DNA of 64,000 nucleotides from Bacillota bacterium (GCA_015059445.1 SVAK01000004.1:13551-77550), one strand, 5' to 3'; positions 1 to 9,922 are shown, counted from the first letter of the stretch. Notes: a model not told the origin generated them from the letters alone. Numbers and translations are program-made.

Positions 1-577
1 TATTATGATAAACTTCAAATAAGAAAGATTTTTTATTATTCATAATTTCATTATTTTTACTTACACCAATAACTGCGCCGCTTGTAAGCTCATCCCCAAC
101 CGCTACTTCAATTTCTTCTACACCATAATAATAGCTTTTTAGATTTGCTGTATGTTCTATAACTACACATTTACCAAAAAATTCATCATCTAATATATCT
201 ATTACTTTTCCACTAAATGCTGACAACACATTAAATGTTTCTGTACTAGTATATAAAACTCCCGTGTTAGGTAAATAAGTATTTTCATAGTAAATCAAGC
301 TACTTTGTTGTCTATCATCTTCCGCATCTTTACTATAAAAATGAACGCTAATCTCTGCTTTTCCTTCTTCAATTGGAGCTTTAATTTTACTAGAGGCAAT
401 GGTATCTTCGACAACTACTGATTCTATTGTATCTTGAATGACACCAGTACTGTAATTATAATCTTTGTCAGATAAAGTTAATCCACTTCCTAATAGTACT
501 ATCCCTGTAAAAATACTTATTGTGATTAGTAGATATATTGTGGGTAATACAAATCCTTTCAACTTTCTTTTCTTCAT
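1..577 (-). CDS. Membrane-anchored LytM/M23-like protein (SpoIIQ-like), 3' end cut by window edge
   Basis: Own minus-strand translation: ATG at 577-575 after a GGACGGTGA SD. Sequence MKKRKLKGFVLPTIYLLITISIFTG (TM), then ...GKCVVIEHTANLKSYYYGV...SFLFEVYHN, LytM-like with several usual His ligands apparently missing. Adjacent to spoIID. Absent from the ORF track because it runs off the window. Confidence 0.45.
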   Translation of the reverse strand, partial: MKKRKLKGFVLPTIYLLITISIFTGIVLLGSGLTLSDKDYNYSTGVIQDTIESVVVEDTIASSKIKAPIEEGKAEISVHFYSKDAEDDRQQSSLIYYENTYLPNTGVLYTSTETFNVLSAFSGKVIDILDDEFFGKCVVIEHTANLKSYYYGVEEIEVAVGDELTSGAVIGVSKNNEIMNNKKSFLFEVYHN

Positions 578-625
578 TAATTCACCGTCCTACTTAAAGT
601 ATTGACGATTTTTTTATCTTTATAC

Positions 626-1528
626 TTAAATAGAACTTATTTTTATATTTTTATAATAATATTTTAATATTTCTTCATATGTATAACCAGCATTAGCCAT
701 TCCATTAGCGCCGTACTGACTCATTCCAACACCATGCCCATAGCCTCTCGTAGTAATTAATATTTGATTGTTTATTTCTTCAATGGTAAAATCTGTAGAT
801 CGCAATCCCAATTTACTCCTAAAAACTGTTCCTTTGAATTCGATATCATTCACTGTTATAGAATTAACTCGATTTGTTTTACTGCGCTTTATGTTAGTAA
901 AACTTATATTATCACATCTAAGACTTAGCTTCTCACATAGTTCTGCTTGTGTGAAAGTTGTTATTACTTCAAAATTTTTTATATCTTCATTATCATAACT
1001 AGACTCTACACTCTGCAAATATTCTTTATCTTCACTAAACACTAAACTAGCTTGTTCTGTGTAACCATTACTCATTGAAAAATAATAAGCTTCGATAACT
1101 TCATCTCCATAATACATGATTTGTCCTTTTGTTTTTCGAACAGCATCTGATATTTTTGTGTAATATTTATTAAAATCACTATTCCACTTGTCTTTCATCT
1201 CGTCAATAGTAATATAACTTTGATCGGAAACGTCCGTTACCACATCATAATCTTTATTACTAGTTTGCATTTTGTATGTGGCATACGTTCTGGAGGCAAC
1301 AGCTTGAGCCTTCAGCGCTTCTTCATTAAATGATGCAGGCATTTCAGCTGCTACAACCCCAATTATATATTCTTCTAAATCAATTGAGTGAATATCATTT
1401 GTTTCGTTATTTTTTATAGTAATATTTGGTTCGCTATTAAAAAAAGTAGTATTTTGACTACTACTATTTAAAATAAATAAAATTAAACTCAATACAACTG
1501 CAATTATTAAAAGTATCCTATTCTGCAT
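626..1528 (-). CDS. spoIID: Stage II sporulation protein D (SpoIID/LytB domain lytic transglycosylase)
   Basis: N-terminal signal/TM, then EEYIIGVVAAEMPASFNEEALKAQAVASRTYA and ...GHGVGMSQYGANGMA, the typical SpoIID motifs. Confidence 0.85.
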   Translation of the reverse strand: MQNRILLIIAVVLSLILFILNSSSQNTTFFNSEPNITIKNNETNDIHSIDLEEYIIGVVAAEMPASFNEEALKAQAVASRTYATYKMQTSNKDYDVVTDVSDQSYITIDEMKDKWNSDFNKYYTKISDAVRKTKGQIMYYGDEVIEAYYFSMSNGYTEQASLVFSEDKEYLQSVESSYDNEDIKNFEVITTFTQAELCEKLSLRCDNISFTNIKRSKTNRVNSITVNDIEFKGTVFRSKLGLRSTDFTIEEINNQILITTRGYGHGVGMSQYGANGMANAGYTYEEILKYYYKNIKISSI

Positions 1529-1538
1529 TATTCTCCTT

Positions 1539-1727
1539 TTAATATAAATTTAAAAAATCAAACATAAAATTTGTTAATAAATAAGATAAAGCTATACTTA
1601 ATGTCATTACCAATAATCTTGCTTCAATTACTTTATCTTTTTTCATAATTTTTTCAAAATTAACTCCCGAAAATATATATATACTTAAGAATAAAAATAA
1701 AGCATATAAATATATTTTATAATTCAT
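1539..1727 (-). CDS. Small two-TM membrane protein, unknown function
   Basis: ORF track 1539..1745. The internal ATG at 1727 has a GGAG SD at about 7 nt. Hydrophobic 62 aa. Overlaps the rpiB stop by 11 nt. Confidence 0.35.
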   Translation of the reverse strand: MNYKIYLYALFLFLSIYIFSGVNFEKIMKKDKVIEARLLVMTLSIALSYLLTNFMFDFLNLY

Positions 1728-2172
1728 TATATTCTCCATTTTCATAACTTATGATTTTTGTTATTCTTTTTAAATATCTATCAATAGTTGCAGGTTTTGT
1801 AGAAATAAATGTATCTACTATTTCTTTTATATTTTCCATACCTAAATTTGCCCCTAATGCAATAACATTGGCTCCATTATGATTTTTACCTTTAAAGGCA
1901 TCATCCGAATTAACTGCTCTTACACATCTAATTCCAGGAACTTTATTAGCAGCAATAGACATACCTACACCATTACCACAGATCAGTATTCCTAATGCAT
2001 TATCGTTTTTTCTAACCAAATCACATAACTTAAACGCAAAGTCCGGATAATCATCTAATTCACTATTATCAATACCTATTTCTAAAGCTTCAATATCATT
2101 TGTTTTTAAATATTCAATTAATTCTTTTTTTATTTCTACACCTAAATGGTCTGCTGCAATAAACAGTTTCAT
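1717..2172 (-). CDS. rpiB: Ribose-5-phosphate isomerase B
   Basis: MKLFIAADHLGVEIK...GILICGNGVGMSIAANKVPGIRC, the RpiB/LacAB family signature. Confidence 0.85.
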   Translation of the reverse strand: MKLFIAADHLGVEIKKELIEYLKTNDIEALEIGIDNSELDDYPDFAFKLCDLVRKNDNALGILICGNGVGMSIAANKVPGIRCVRAVNSDDAFKGKNHNGANVIALGANLGMENIKEIVDTFISTKPATIDRYLKRITKIISYENGEYNEL

Positions 2173-2224
2173 CTAATCACTCTCCATATTAATTATAATC
2201 AAAACAATAAAAAAGAACAACTTT

Positions 2225-2434
2225 TTATTGTTCTTTATTGAAACCATATTTTTTATTAAATTTTTCAATGTTACCAGTTTTTTTAGTTTTACCTTGTGCA
2301 CCAGTATAGAATGGATGACACTCATTACAAACTTCTACATAAATTTCTTCTTTTACAGATTTTGTACTAAATGTTGCACCGCAAGCACATTTTACCACTG
2401 CATCTTTAATTTCTGGATGAATATTTGCTTTCAT
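2225..2434 (-). CDS. rpmE: 50S ribosomal protein L31 (Zn-ribbon type)
   Basis: MKANIHPE...CACG...[10 protein letters not shown], the classical L31 sequence. Confidence 0.92.
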   Translation of the reverse strand: MKANIHPEIKDAVVKCACGATFSTKSVKEEIYVEVCNECHPFYTGAQGKTKKTGNIEKFNKKYGFNKEQ

Positions 2435-2523
2435 ATTTCTCTCCTCTCGCCATACTAACTTTTAAGTATAGTAACTTTCGTTCTTTTGTATTATATCATA
2501 TTTTTTAAATACTGCAAGTGGTT

Positions 2524-3219
2524 TTATAAAGAATGAATAATCATTTCTGCAATTGCCTTATGTCCCTTATAATTGAAATAATAACTTTCGCTGTCAAAAT
2601 AGTATTGTTTATTTAACATTAAATCGCTAATATTGATAAAAATTGCATTATACTTGATTGCTAAATTAGATAACTCTGAATTAAGAATTATTACATCACT
2701 TTTGTCTAGATATTTATTTTCATAAAAACCAATTAAAACTATTTTTGCTTCTGTAATGTCTTTTAATATATACATTAAATCATCATATTCAGCAATGATT
2801 TTCTGTAAATATTTTATATCTAAATCATTAGTCATTGATAATTTTACCAGCTCTTCTTCCCCAATGCCTATGGTAATTAGATCAGCCTTATGCAGCATTT
2901 GCTTTATATATAAATCTTCTGTTTCCTTTAAATCGTTACTTTTTAAATCATTAATTAATTCATTTATTTTATAATTTTTATAAGCATATTTATTATTAAA
3001 ATATTTGAGAATTTTTTTATTTTCAAAATATTCCTTTATGTAATCATTATAACTAATGCCATCTATTTCATAAGGCGTTTCACCACTAGCAACGCCATCA
3101 CCCAAAGCTACTATTCGTAGTCTATCCTCTTTATTAAAAAAATATATTAAATATGTAAACATAGCACTAATTAAAATAATTATGATTAATTTATATTTCC
3201 TTTTCACAAACACCTCCAA
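2524..3219 (-). CDS. Membrane-anchored SGNH/GDSL-like hydrolase-fold protein (catalytic residues apparently degenerate)
   Basis: N-terminal TM. Block-I-like IVALGDGVASGE, block-III-like ITIGIGEEE and block-V-like YKGHKAIAEMI. Confidence 0.45.
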   Translation of the reverse strand: MEVFVKRKYKLIIIILISAMFTYLIYFFNKEDRLRIVALGDGVASGETPYEIDGISYNDYIKEYFENKKILKYFNNKYAYKNYKINELINDLKSNDLKETEDLYIKQMLHKADLITIGIGEEELVKLSMTNDLDIKYLQKIIAEYDDLMYILKDITEAKIVLIGFYENKYLDKSDVIILNSELSNLAIKYNAIFINISDLMLNKQYYFDSESYYFNYKGHKAIAEMIIHSL

Positions 3220-3245
3220 AATAAAAATGTAGAGAATCCTCTACA

Positions 3246-4499
3246 TTATATTTCTTCAATATTTATTTTAGCACCAACATTGCTCAATTTATTTATTATG
3301 TTTTCATATCCCCTAAGAATATAATCAATATCATAAATGATTGTAGTTCCTTCCGCAATTAATCCGGCTAGAATCAAGGCTGCTCCACCGCGTAGATCTG
3401 TGGCATTTATATTAGTACCAATTAGTTTAGTTTTTCCTTTAATTGTGGCTACTAAACCATCTAATTCTATATTTGCTCCCATTTTTTGAAGGTATGGATA
3501 ATGTCCTACTCGATTTTCCCAAATTGTTTCTTCCATTACGCATGTTCCATTTGCTTGTGTAAGTAATACGCTCATTGGTTGCCCTAAATCGGTCGGAAAG
3601 CCTGGATATACTAAAGTGGTTACGTTAGTTGGTTTTAATTCATCCGTTTTATTTAAAATCACTGAATTGCCATCTATTTTAAAATCCACGCCCATTTCTT
3701 CTAATTTTTCAAATAAAGCTCTATTATGTTCTGGAATAATTCCTTCGACTTTTAAATTGTTGCCAAGTAATGCTCCCATTAAAATATATGTACCAGCTTC
3801 AATACGATCTGGAATAACTTCTATTTCAGTTCCTTCTAATCTCTCTACGCCGTCAATAGTGATAGTTTCTGTTCCAGCACCGGTAATCTTTGCTCCCATC
3901 TTATTTAAGAAATCAGCTATATTAATAATTTCTACTTCTTTTGCTGCATTATTTATAATAGTTGTTCCTTTAGCTTTAACTGCTGCAAACATAATATTAA
4001 TAGTTGCACCTACACTAGCAAAAGTCAAATTAATTGTAGCTCCCTTAAGTTCATCAGCACTTATTGTATATTTATGTTTATTTTTAGTTATTTTCGCACC
4101 TAGAGCTTTAAAACCTTTTAAATGTAAGTCAATTGGTCTAGTACCTATATTACATCCACCAGGGAAATACATTTCAACATGCTTGTATTTTCCAAGCAAT
4201 ACTCCCATAAAATAGTATGATGCTCTTAATTTAGTACTTAATTCCTGAGAAATTATTTTGTTTTCCAAATTCCTAGAATCTATTCTAATGGTTTTATCAT
4301 TTTGCTCTATATTACAATTTAATAATTGAACTATTTCAAATAAAGCATCTCTGTCAGTTATATTGGGCACATTTTTAATTGTACAAACACCATCAGCCAA
4401 TAAAGCAGCAGGAATCAATGCTACAGCACTATTCTTGGCTCCACCAATTGAAATAGTTCCACTAAGCGGAATTCCACCCTTAATAATAATTCTTTCCAT
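3246..4499 (-). CDS. murA: UDP-N-acetylglucosamine 1-carboxyvinyltransferase
   Basis: MERIIIKGGIPLSGTISIGGAKNSAVALIPAALLA...LRASYYFMG...GGCNIGTRPIDLH. Start chosen at the third ATG (GAAGG SD 7 nt upstream); the ORF stays open to 4535. Confidence 0.93.
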   Translation of the reverse strand: MERIIIKGGIPLSGTISIGGAKNSAVALIPAALLADGVCTIKNVPNITDRDALFEIVQLLNCNIEQNDKTIRIDSRNLENKIISQELSTKLRASYYFMGVLLGKYKHVEMYFPGGCNIGTRPIDLHLKGFKALGAKITKNKHKYTISADELKGATINLTFASVGATINIMFAAVKAKGTTIINNAAKEVEIINIADFLNKMGAKITGAGTETITIDGVERLEGTEIEVIPDRIEAGTYILMGALLGNNLKVEGIIPEHNRALFEKLEEMGVDFKIDGNSVILNKTDELKPTNVTTLVYPGFPTDLGQPMSVLLTQANGTCVMEETIWENRVGHYPYLQKMGANIELDGLVATIKGKTKLIGTNINATDLRGGAALILAGLIAEGTTIIYDIDYILRGYENIINKLSNVGAKINIEEI

Positions 4500-4670
4500 A
4501 CTCATACCTTCTTTAAAATACACAAGTTTTTTCATATGAAAATACCTTTTACTATTATTTATGTTTATTTTAGGTTTTTGTGCTATATATAATTATCCTC
4601 ACATAAATAATAAGTGTATCTATTTTTGTTTTATTTTTTTATCTCCGATTATATCGGCCTTTCTAAGACT

Positions 4671-4699
4671 ATGATACGATTTTAAAAAAGGTTTGTCAA
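4671..4699 (-). promoter_or_regulatory. Sigma-A-type promoter upstream of murA (TTGACA-17-TATCAT)
   Basis: The reverse complement of 4694-4699 is TTGACA, and of 4671-4676 is TATCAT, with a 17-nt spacer. This implies a murA 5' UTR of roughly 130-170 nt. Confidence 0.45.
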
Positions 4700-4730
4700 T
4701 ATAATTAAGCTAAATTATATTTATGCTATA

Positions 4731-4907
4731 TTATATTAAATTACTTAATTTTACTTTTAAATATTCATAGAAAGTTATTTCATTTGGACTAATTAAATCT
4801 TTTGTTAAAATGCTTTTAATTATTAAATATATCATTATTATTTCTAAACCCAATAATATTAAACTATAAATTAAAATTATATTTTTATTTACAAATTTTT
4901 TCTTCAT
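4731..4907 (-). CDS. Small single-TM membrane protein, unknown function
   Basis: ORF track 4731..4925. The ATG at 4907 is preceded by a GGGAGAG SD. Overlaps the end of the upstream ORF. Confidence 0.35.
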   Translation of the reverse strand: MKKKFVNKNIILIYSLILLGLEIIMIYLIIKSILTKDLISPNEITFYEYLKVKLSNLI

Positions 4908-5397
4908 ATTTATCTCTCCCAACATTATTTGTATACATTAGACTAGCGCTTTCTATATTTTCAACAATATCAAAATACAAAGAACACACTTCTGTTTGTT
5001 CTACTGTTACAATGGCGGTCATTGTATAATCATCAAAAATTAACGTTGAATTATTATGGCATTTATATCCACTATAACTATATCCATCAGTAGGAATATC
5101 ATCTGCTAAATAATAAGTTCCACTGCCACTACCTGTAGAATCAGGATTTTCTAAATATACCAACAGGACATAGTCATGATCATCTAAATATAAATTACCT
5201 ACTACTGCATTAACAAGAGAAAAAGATGCTGTATCTTGATAAAAACCATATGAAACTTGTAGATTTAGCAAAAACAAATGAACTACTATCAGAATTCCTA
5301 TAATAGTTAAATTTTTTTTTCTGTTTTCAAATTTTAGGAGAATATCTTTAATCTTCTCATAATGATACTTAACTTTTGTAATTATTTGATTTTTCAA
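4885..5397 (-). CDS. Membrane-anchored hypothetical protein (170 aa)
   Basis: TTG start after a GGTGA SD. Central TM (LTIIGILIVVHLFLLNL), then a Gly/Ser/Tyr/Asp-rich extracytoplasmic domain. No motif recognised. Confidence 0.45.
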   Translation of the reverse strand: MKNQIITKVKYHYEKIKDILLKFENRKKNLTIIGILIVVHLFLLNLQVSYGFYQDTASFSLVNAVVGNLYLDDHDYVLLVYLENPDSTGSGSGTYYLADDIPTDGYSYSGYKCHNNSTLIFDDYTMTAIVTVEQTEVCSLYFDIVENIESASLMYTNNVGRDKYEEKICK

Positions 5398-5450
5398 TAT
5401 ATCACCACTTATTTATATATTGAAAAAATTGAATTATTTTTATTCAAAAA

Positions 5451-5987
5451 TCATTTAAAAATGTGTAAAATCCCTAAAATTACCAAAATTGCTATTCCAG
5501 ATAAATTAGCATAAATACCTAATTTCTCGCCAGAGTATTTACCAAATAATAAACCAAAAAATGTAAAAGCCGCAGCGCAGGTACTAAAAATTATTCCTGA
5601 TAAAAGAATATTATTTGTAATAGCCCTTAATCCCAATCCAGTAGAAAAACTATCTAAACTTACTGAAAGAGAAATTAAAATCATATTAAATATATTTAGC
5701 TCAAAGTATTTATCTTCTCCTTTTATTAAATCCACTATCATTTCTACTCCAATAAAAAGAAGAATTAAGCCTAATAAAAAATTAACATTAATATTTAAAA
5801 ACCTTGTTATCTTTTCGCCCAGCATTGCCCCCAATAGTGGCATAAAGAAATGCATTATTCCAACTAAAATACATAGAAATATTGCTTTTGGTTTAGAAAT
5901 ATTAAATGTTCCAATACTAAGCGAAATAGAAAAGGTGTCCATAGCTAAAGACACTCCTATCATAAAAAGTGAAATTATTATAGACAC
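5451..5987 (-). CDS. MntP/YtaF family (DUF204) membrane protein, putative Mn efflux or sporulation membrane protein
   Basis: Polytopic. Repeated ...SLAMDTFSISL... and ...SVSLDSFSTGL... motifs, typical of the two DUF204 repeats. Confidence 0.6.
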   Translation of the reverse strand: MSIIISLFMIGVSLAMDTFSISLSIGTFNISKPKAIFLCILVGIMHFFMPLLGAMLGEKITRFLNINVNFLLGLILLFIGVEMIVDLIKGEDKYFELNIFNMILISLSVSLDSFSTGLGLRAITNNILLSGIIFSTCAAAFTFFGLLFGKYSGEKLGIYANLSGIAILVILGILHIFK

Positions 5988-6015
5988 ACAATCACCCTAA
6001 TTAAATATATTTATT

Positions 6016-6519
6016 TTATTTAAATTTATTAATTAATTTAGCAGCATACATTTCATATTCTATATCATTCAGGTTAGACTGTTCATCTAGTAGACATAAT
6101 GGTGGGAATAACACACACCACCAATTATTCCCCAAGCCTTCTCCTAAAGTGATAACTAGGCTTTCGTAATTTCCTTCACTATATGTAATACCTTTATATT
6201 CTTTTACTGGAAAATAGTTATTTCCAAAATTTATATCATAATTAACATTATAATTTTTTAAAATATTTTTAACTGTTTCTAAATTATTAGTAATAATCTT
6301 TCTTGCTTCTTCTATATTTTTTGCATCCGCTATTAAATTGTATAAAACCTTCTCTACATCTTTTTTTATTGTTAATTTTAAATTTTGATCAAATTCTGTA
6401 TTACTATTAGCAATAATTCTAAACCTTATAGCGCTATCTGGAATTAAAATATTTTCTTTTTCATTTAAACATACAGCAATTACTATAAATATAAATAATA
6501 CTATTATTATTTTTTTCAT
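6016..6519 (-). CDS. spoIIR: Stage II sporulation protein R
   Basis: Signal anchor, then RFRIIANSNTEFDQNLKLTIKKDV and GNNWWCVLFPPLCL, the hallmark SpoIIR motifs. Confidence 0.78.
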   Translation of the reverse strand: MKKIIIVLFIFIVIAVCLNEKENILIPDSAIRFRIIANSNTEFDQNLKLTIKKDVEKVLYNLIADAKNIEEARKIITNNLETVKNILKNYNVNYDINFGNNYFPVKEYKGITYSEGNYESLVITLGEGLGNNWWCVLFPPLCLLDEQSNLNDIEYEMYAAKLINKFK

Positions 6520-6612
6520 GTTTCACCTAATATAATAATGAAATAATACTTACTTTTTTATTCAAAAAAAGAATCACATGTTAATGTAATTCTTAGACAT
6601 AGCTACTAGATT

Positions 6613-7332
6613 TTATAATTTTTTACTAGATATAAAGACATATCTTTCAAAATTATTGTAGTCTTTTTCTATTTTAATATAAGCTTTAGGTAAATACAAT
6701 TGAACTATCTCTTCAATCTTTTTACCTTGTTTATCACCAATTTCAAATGCTATTAAATAGTTATCTTTTAAATTGTTTTTTAATTTTTCCATAATTACCT
6801 TATAAAAATATATTCCCTCATTTTCAGCAAAAATAGCATTTTGGGGTTCATACTTAGTTTTTTCATCAACTAATGCATCATATGGTACGTAAGGAGGATT
6901 ACTAATAATCAAATCATACTTATTTAAAGTATTAAAATTATTTATATCTTCCTTTAAAAATTCAATATTAGATTTATTCAATATAGCATTTTTTTTGGCT
7001 ACATCTAATGCTCGACTACTAACATCAATTGCCAATATATGACATGGTATAGCATTGTATAATGCTATACTAATACATCCACTACCAGTACCAATCTCTA
7101 ATATTTCTGGATTTAACATTTGCAATTTATCTAAATATTTTATTGTTTTTTCCACTAAGTACTCTGTTTCAAACCTTGGTATTAATACATTTTCATTTAC
7201 ATTAATAATATTTCCATAGAAATCAACGTTGCCGATTATATATTGTACTGGATATCCCTCGTTAAGTTTATTTATAGCCTCTTTCTGATTTTCTTTTGAG
7301 ACATATTTTTTTATTAAATCAATATCATTCAT
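6613..7332 (-). CDS. prmC: Release factor glutamine N5-methyltransferase
   Basis: LIPRFETE, EIGTGSGCISI and NPPY motifs. Start abuts the prfA stop. Confidence 0.87.
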   Translation of the reverse strand: MNDIDLIKKYVSKENQKEAINKLNEGYPVQYIIGNVDFYGNIINVNENVLIPRFETEYLVEKTIKYLDKLQMLNPEILEIGTGSGCISIALYNAIPCHILAIDVSSRALDVAKKNAILNKSNIEFLKEDINNFNTLNKYDLIISNPPYVPYDALVDEKTKYEPQNAIFAENEGIYFYKVIMEKLKNNLKDNYLIAFEIGDKQGKKIEEIVQLYLPKAYIKIEKDYNNFERYVFISSKKL

Positions 7333-8399
7333 TAAGAATTAAAATTTTCTCCTGCTAGTTTTAATCTCATATCTTCATTTATTAAAGCTTCAATAACTGG
7401 ACTTAGATTTCCATCCATTACTCTATCTAACTCCATAATTGAAAAATTTATACGATGGTCAGTGACTCTGTTTTGAGGATAGTTGTATGTTCTAATTTTT
7501 TCTGATCTGTCACCAGTACCAACTTTGGTTTTTCTTGTAGCTCCGACTTCCTGCTCTTGTTTTTGTTTTATTTCATCATGAATCTTAATTTTAAGCAAAC
7601 GCATGGCATTTTCTTTGTTTTTCAATTGACTTCTTTCTGTCTGACATCCCGCTACTACTCCGGTTGGTATGTGAGTAATTCTTACTGCGGAATTAGACGT
7701 ATTTACTGATTGTCCACCAGCTCCACTAGAGTGGAATACATCAATTTTTAAATCACTTTCTTTAATTTCAATATCAACAGATTCAACCTCTGGCATTACG
7801 AGTACCGTGGCTGTGGAAGTGTGCACTCTGCCTTGAGTTTCTGTTGATGGCACTCTTTGAACACGGTGTGATCCACTTTCATATTTTAATTTTGAATATA
7901 CATTATCACCTTTAATTAAGCATTCAATTTGAGAAAAACCTCCAGAAGTTCCCTCAATAGAATTTAATACTTCCAATTTCCAACCATTTTCTTCTGCGTA
8001 ATATGAATACATTCTAAATAAATCACCCGCAAAAATATTTGCTTCATCCCCACCGGCAGCACCTCTTATTTCCATGATAACATTTTTTCCGTCATTTTCA
8101 TCTTTAGGGACAAGCAATATTTCTAATTCTTTATGCAAAGCTTCTAATTTAGCAGTTAAAGTTTCGACCTCACCTAAGGCTATTTCTCTAAATTCTTCAT
8201 CATTTATTAATGACTTTGCTTCTTCAATGGCTTTTTTTGTTTCTTTATAATCTTCGTATACTCTAACAGTTTCTTCTAAATCACTTTGTTCTTTAGATAA
8301 AGTTTTTAATTTATTATAGTCGTTTAATATTTCTGGTTTTGTTAATTCTATCTTTAATTCCTCTGATTTTTTTAAGATATTTTCTAATCTTTCAAACAT
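7332..8399 (-). CDS. prfA: Peptide chain release factor 1
   Basis: PST tripeptide motif context (RVPSTETQGRVHTS) and the GGQ motif (SGAGGQSVNT). Confidence 0.96.
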   Translation of the reverse strand: MFERLENILKKSEELKIELTKPEILNDYNKLKTLSKEQSDLEETVRVYEDYKETKKAIEEAKSLINDEEFREIALGEVETLTAKLEALHKELEILLVPKDENDGKNVIMEIRGAAGGDEANIFAGDLFRMYSYYAEENGWKLEVLNSIEGTSGGFSQIECLIKGDNVYSKLKYESGSHRVQRVPSTETQGRVHTSTATVLVMPEVESVDIEIKESDLKIDVFHSSGAGGQSVNTSNSAVRITHIPTGVVAGCQTERSQLKNKENAMRLLKIKIHDEIKQKQEQEVGATRKTKVGTGDRSEKIRTYNYPQNRVTDHRINFSIMELDRVMDGNLSPVIEALINEDMRLKLAGENFNS

Positions 8400-8462
8400 A
8401 AAATCACCTTTTCTTTTTAGATTATACCATATTCTTTTACTTAAAAAAACAAATAATACTTT

Positions 8463-9338
8463 TTAATAAGGCAAAATATGAATATTACAATGTTTAATTT
8501 CTCTAATGTTATTTTCAATATTGTCATGTATTCTTTCGACAATTATATTAGCAGCATTAAGTGTAATATCCCCAGCAAGAGTTACATCAACATCGATGTA
8601 TATCTTGCTACCAAATATTCTAGTTTTTAAATCACTTATTTCTAATATTTCATTTTCTTTCTTTATAATATTGATTACATGATTTCTGATTTCTTCTGGA
8701 CACGCCACATCTAACATCTGAGCTACTGCTCCAATAAATATTTCAATAGAGCTTTTAATAATAAGAACACATATAACAATACTACATATTGGATCTAATA
8801 TTGTAAATCCTAATCTTGCACCTAAAATTCCAATAAAACTTCCTATTGAGGACATTGCATCTGATCTGTGATGCCATGCATCAGCTTCCAAGGAAGTAGA
8901 TGCAATTTTTTTTGCTATTTTCTTTGTGTAATGGTACATGCCTTCTTTAACTAAAATTGATACAAAAGCTGCCATTAAAGCCAAAACACCTGGCATTTCT
9001 AAAGCAATACTATCCTTCAATACAATGTTTCTTAACCCTACATAGACAATTCCAACGCCTGTTAAGAATAAGAAAAATGATAAAACAATAGCAAATACTG
9101 ATTCAATTCGTTCATGTCCATATGGATGCTTTTCATCGGCTTCTTTTGAAGATATAATTAAACCCAAAATAACTATAATAGTTGTTAAAACATCAGATAA
9201 TGAATGGACTGAATCGGATATCATCGCGTTAGATTTAGCGATAATACCAGCTACCAATTTAAAAATAAATAATATAAAGTTAACAATTATTGTTATAACA
9301 GAAGCTTTAACACCTAAATTATTGAATGCTTTTTTCAA
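8463..9338 (-). CDS. Cation diffusion facilitator (CDF) family metal efflux transporter
   Basis: SDSVHSLSDV and HHRSDAMSS motifs, six TMs and a C-terminal cytoplasmic domain. TTG start at 9338 follows a GGGTGA SD; the ORF track starts at GTG 9383. Confidence 0.8.
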   Translation of the reverse strand: MKKAFNNLGVKASVITIIVNFILFIFKLVAGIIAKSNAMISDSVHSLSDVLTTIIVILGLIISSKEADEKHPYGHERIESVFAIVLSFFLFLTGVGIVYVGLRNIVLKDSIALEMPGVLALMAAFVSILVKEGMYHYTKKIAKKIASTSLEADAWHHRSDAMSSIGSFIGILGARLGFTILDPICSIVICVLIIKSSIEIFIGAVAQMLDVACPEEIRNHVINIIKKENEILEISDLKTRIFGSKIYIDVDVTLAGDITLNAANIIVERIHDNIENNIREIKHCNIHILPY

Positions 9339-9484
9339 ACTAATCACCCTTTTTACATAAAAAAGTGAAACTATCAGTCTCACATAAAAATATATTAATA
9401 ATATATGCTTAATAAAAATTATGCACTATTATATAAGCCTATTAGATTATACTATCTCGAAATAAAAAATACAATAAAACATGA

Positions 9485-9922
9485 TTATTGTATTGCTTCT
9501 TCTTCATCAATAATAACTAGATCTTTCAAATCATCTTCATCTTCGTCATTATCATCTAATTCATTATCATAAAAAATATCTTCGTTATCTTCTATTTCTT
9601 CTTCTAATTCATCATTTTCTTCTATTACTTCATCACTAATAGAATCATCTTCATCTTCTATTATAATATTTTGGACATGATTTGTAGCCAAATCCCAATA
9701 TCCTTTTGGTAACAAAATAAATTTTTTATTGATAGATAGCAATTCAAAAAAATCGCCAATTCTATCTTCAATAGTAGATTCTGGCAAATCCAAAGCCTTA
9801 CATACTTTTTTAAATAAATCTAAAAGCTTCATTTTCTTACCAGCCTCTTCTAATATTATATAGGCAATTTCATCATATCCCATTGTTTCTAATTCTTCTT
9901 TTGATATATCTCTTATGCTCAT
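9485..9922 (-). CDS. rpoE: DNA-directed RNA polymerase delta subunit
   Basis: An N-terminal HARE-HTH-like region (MSIRDISKEELETMGYDEIAYIILEE...WDL) plus a long poly-acidic tail. The ATG at 9922 has an AAGGAG SD 6 nt upstream. Confidence 0.8.
   Translation of the reverse strand: MSIRDISKEELETMGYDEIAYIILEEAGKKMKLLDLFKKVCKALDLPESTIEDRIGDFFELLSINKKFILLPKGYWDLATNHVQNIIIEDEDDSISDEVIEENDELEEEIEDNEDIFYDNELDDNDEDEDDLKDLVIIDEEEAIQ

Noticed and set aside
3616-4215. A 199-aa plus-strand ORF antisense to murA, and similar track ORFs antisense to conserved genes: 768-998, 2228-2458, 2756-2974, 12756-12938, 13419-13721, 15787-16047, 16561-16815, 16840-17088, 25296-25622, 25919-26159, 28032-28331, 28356-28559, 29788-29997, 30586-31137, 35873-36070, 36789-37247, 39403-39591, 40265-40471, 43225-43521, 44160-44348, 48095-48322, 50321-50542, 51533-51745, 56185-56379, 60672-60857, 61100-61324, 62072-62314 and 63745-63975.
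   Set aside because: All lie fully inside, and antisense to, genes with unmistakable conserved products. Their translations are low-complexity (Ser/Leu/Ile/Phe-rich), and they lack SD sequences. For the murA case, the open frame only requires the absence of (NNY)(TAY) and (NNT)(CAN) codon pairs, which is plausible in a Tyr/His/Gln-poor stretch. These are shadow ORFs.
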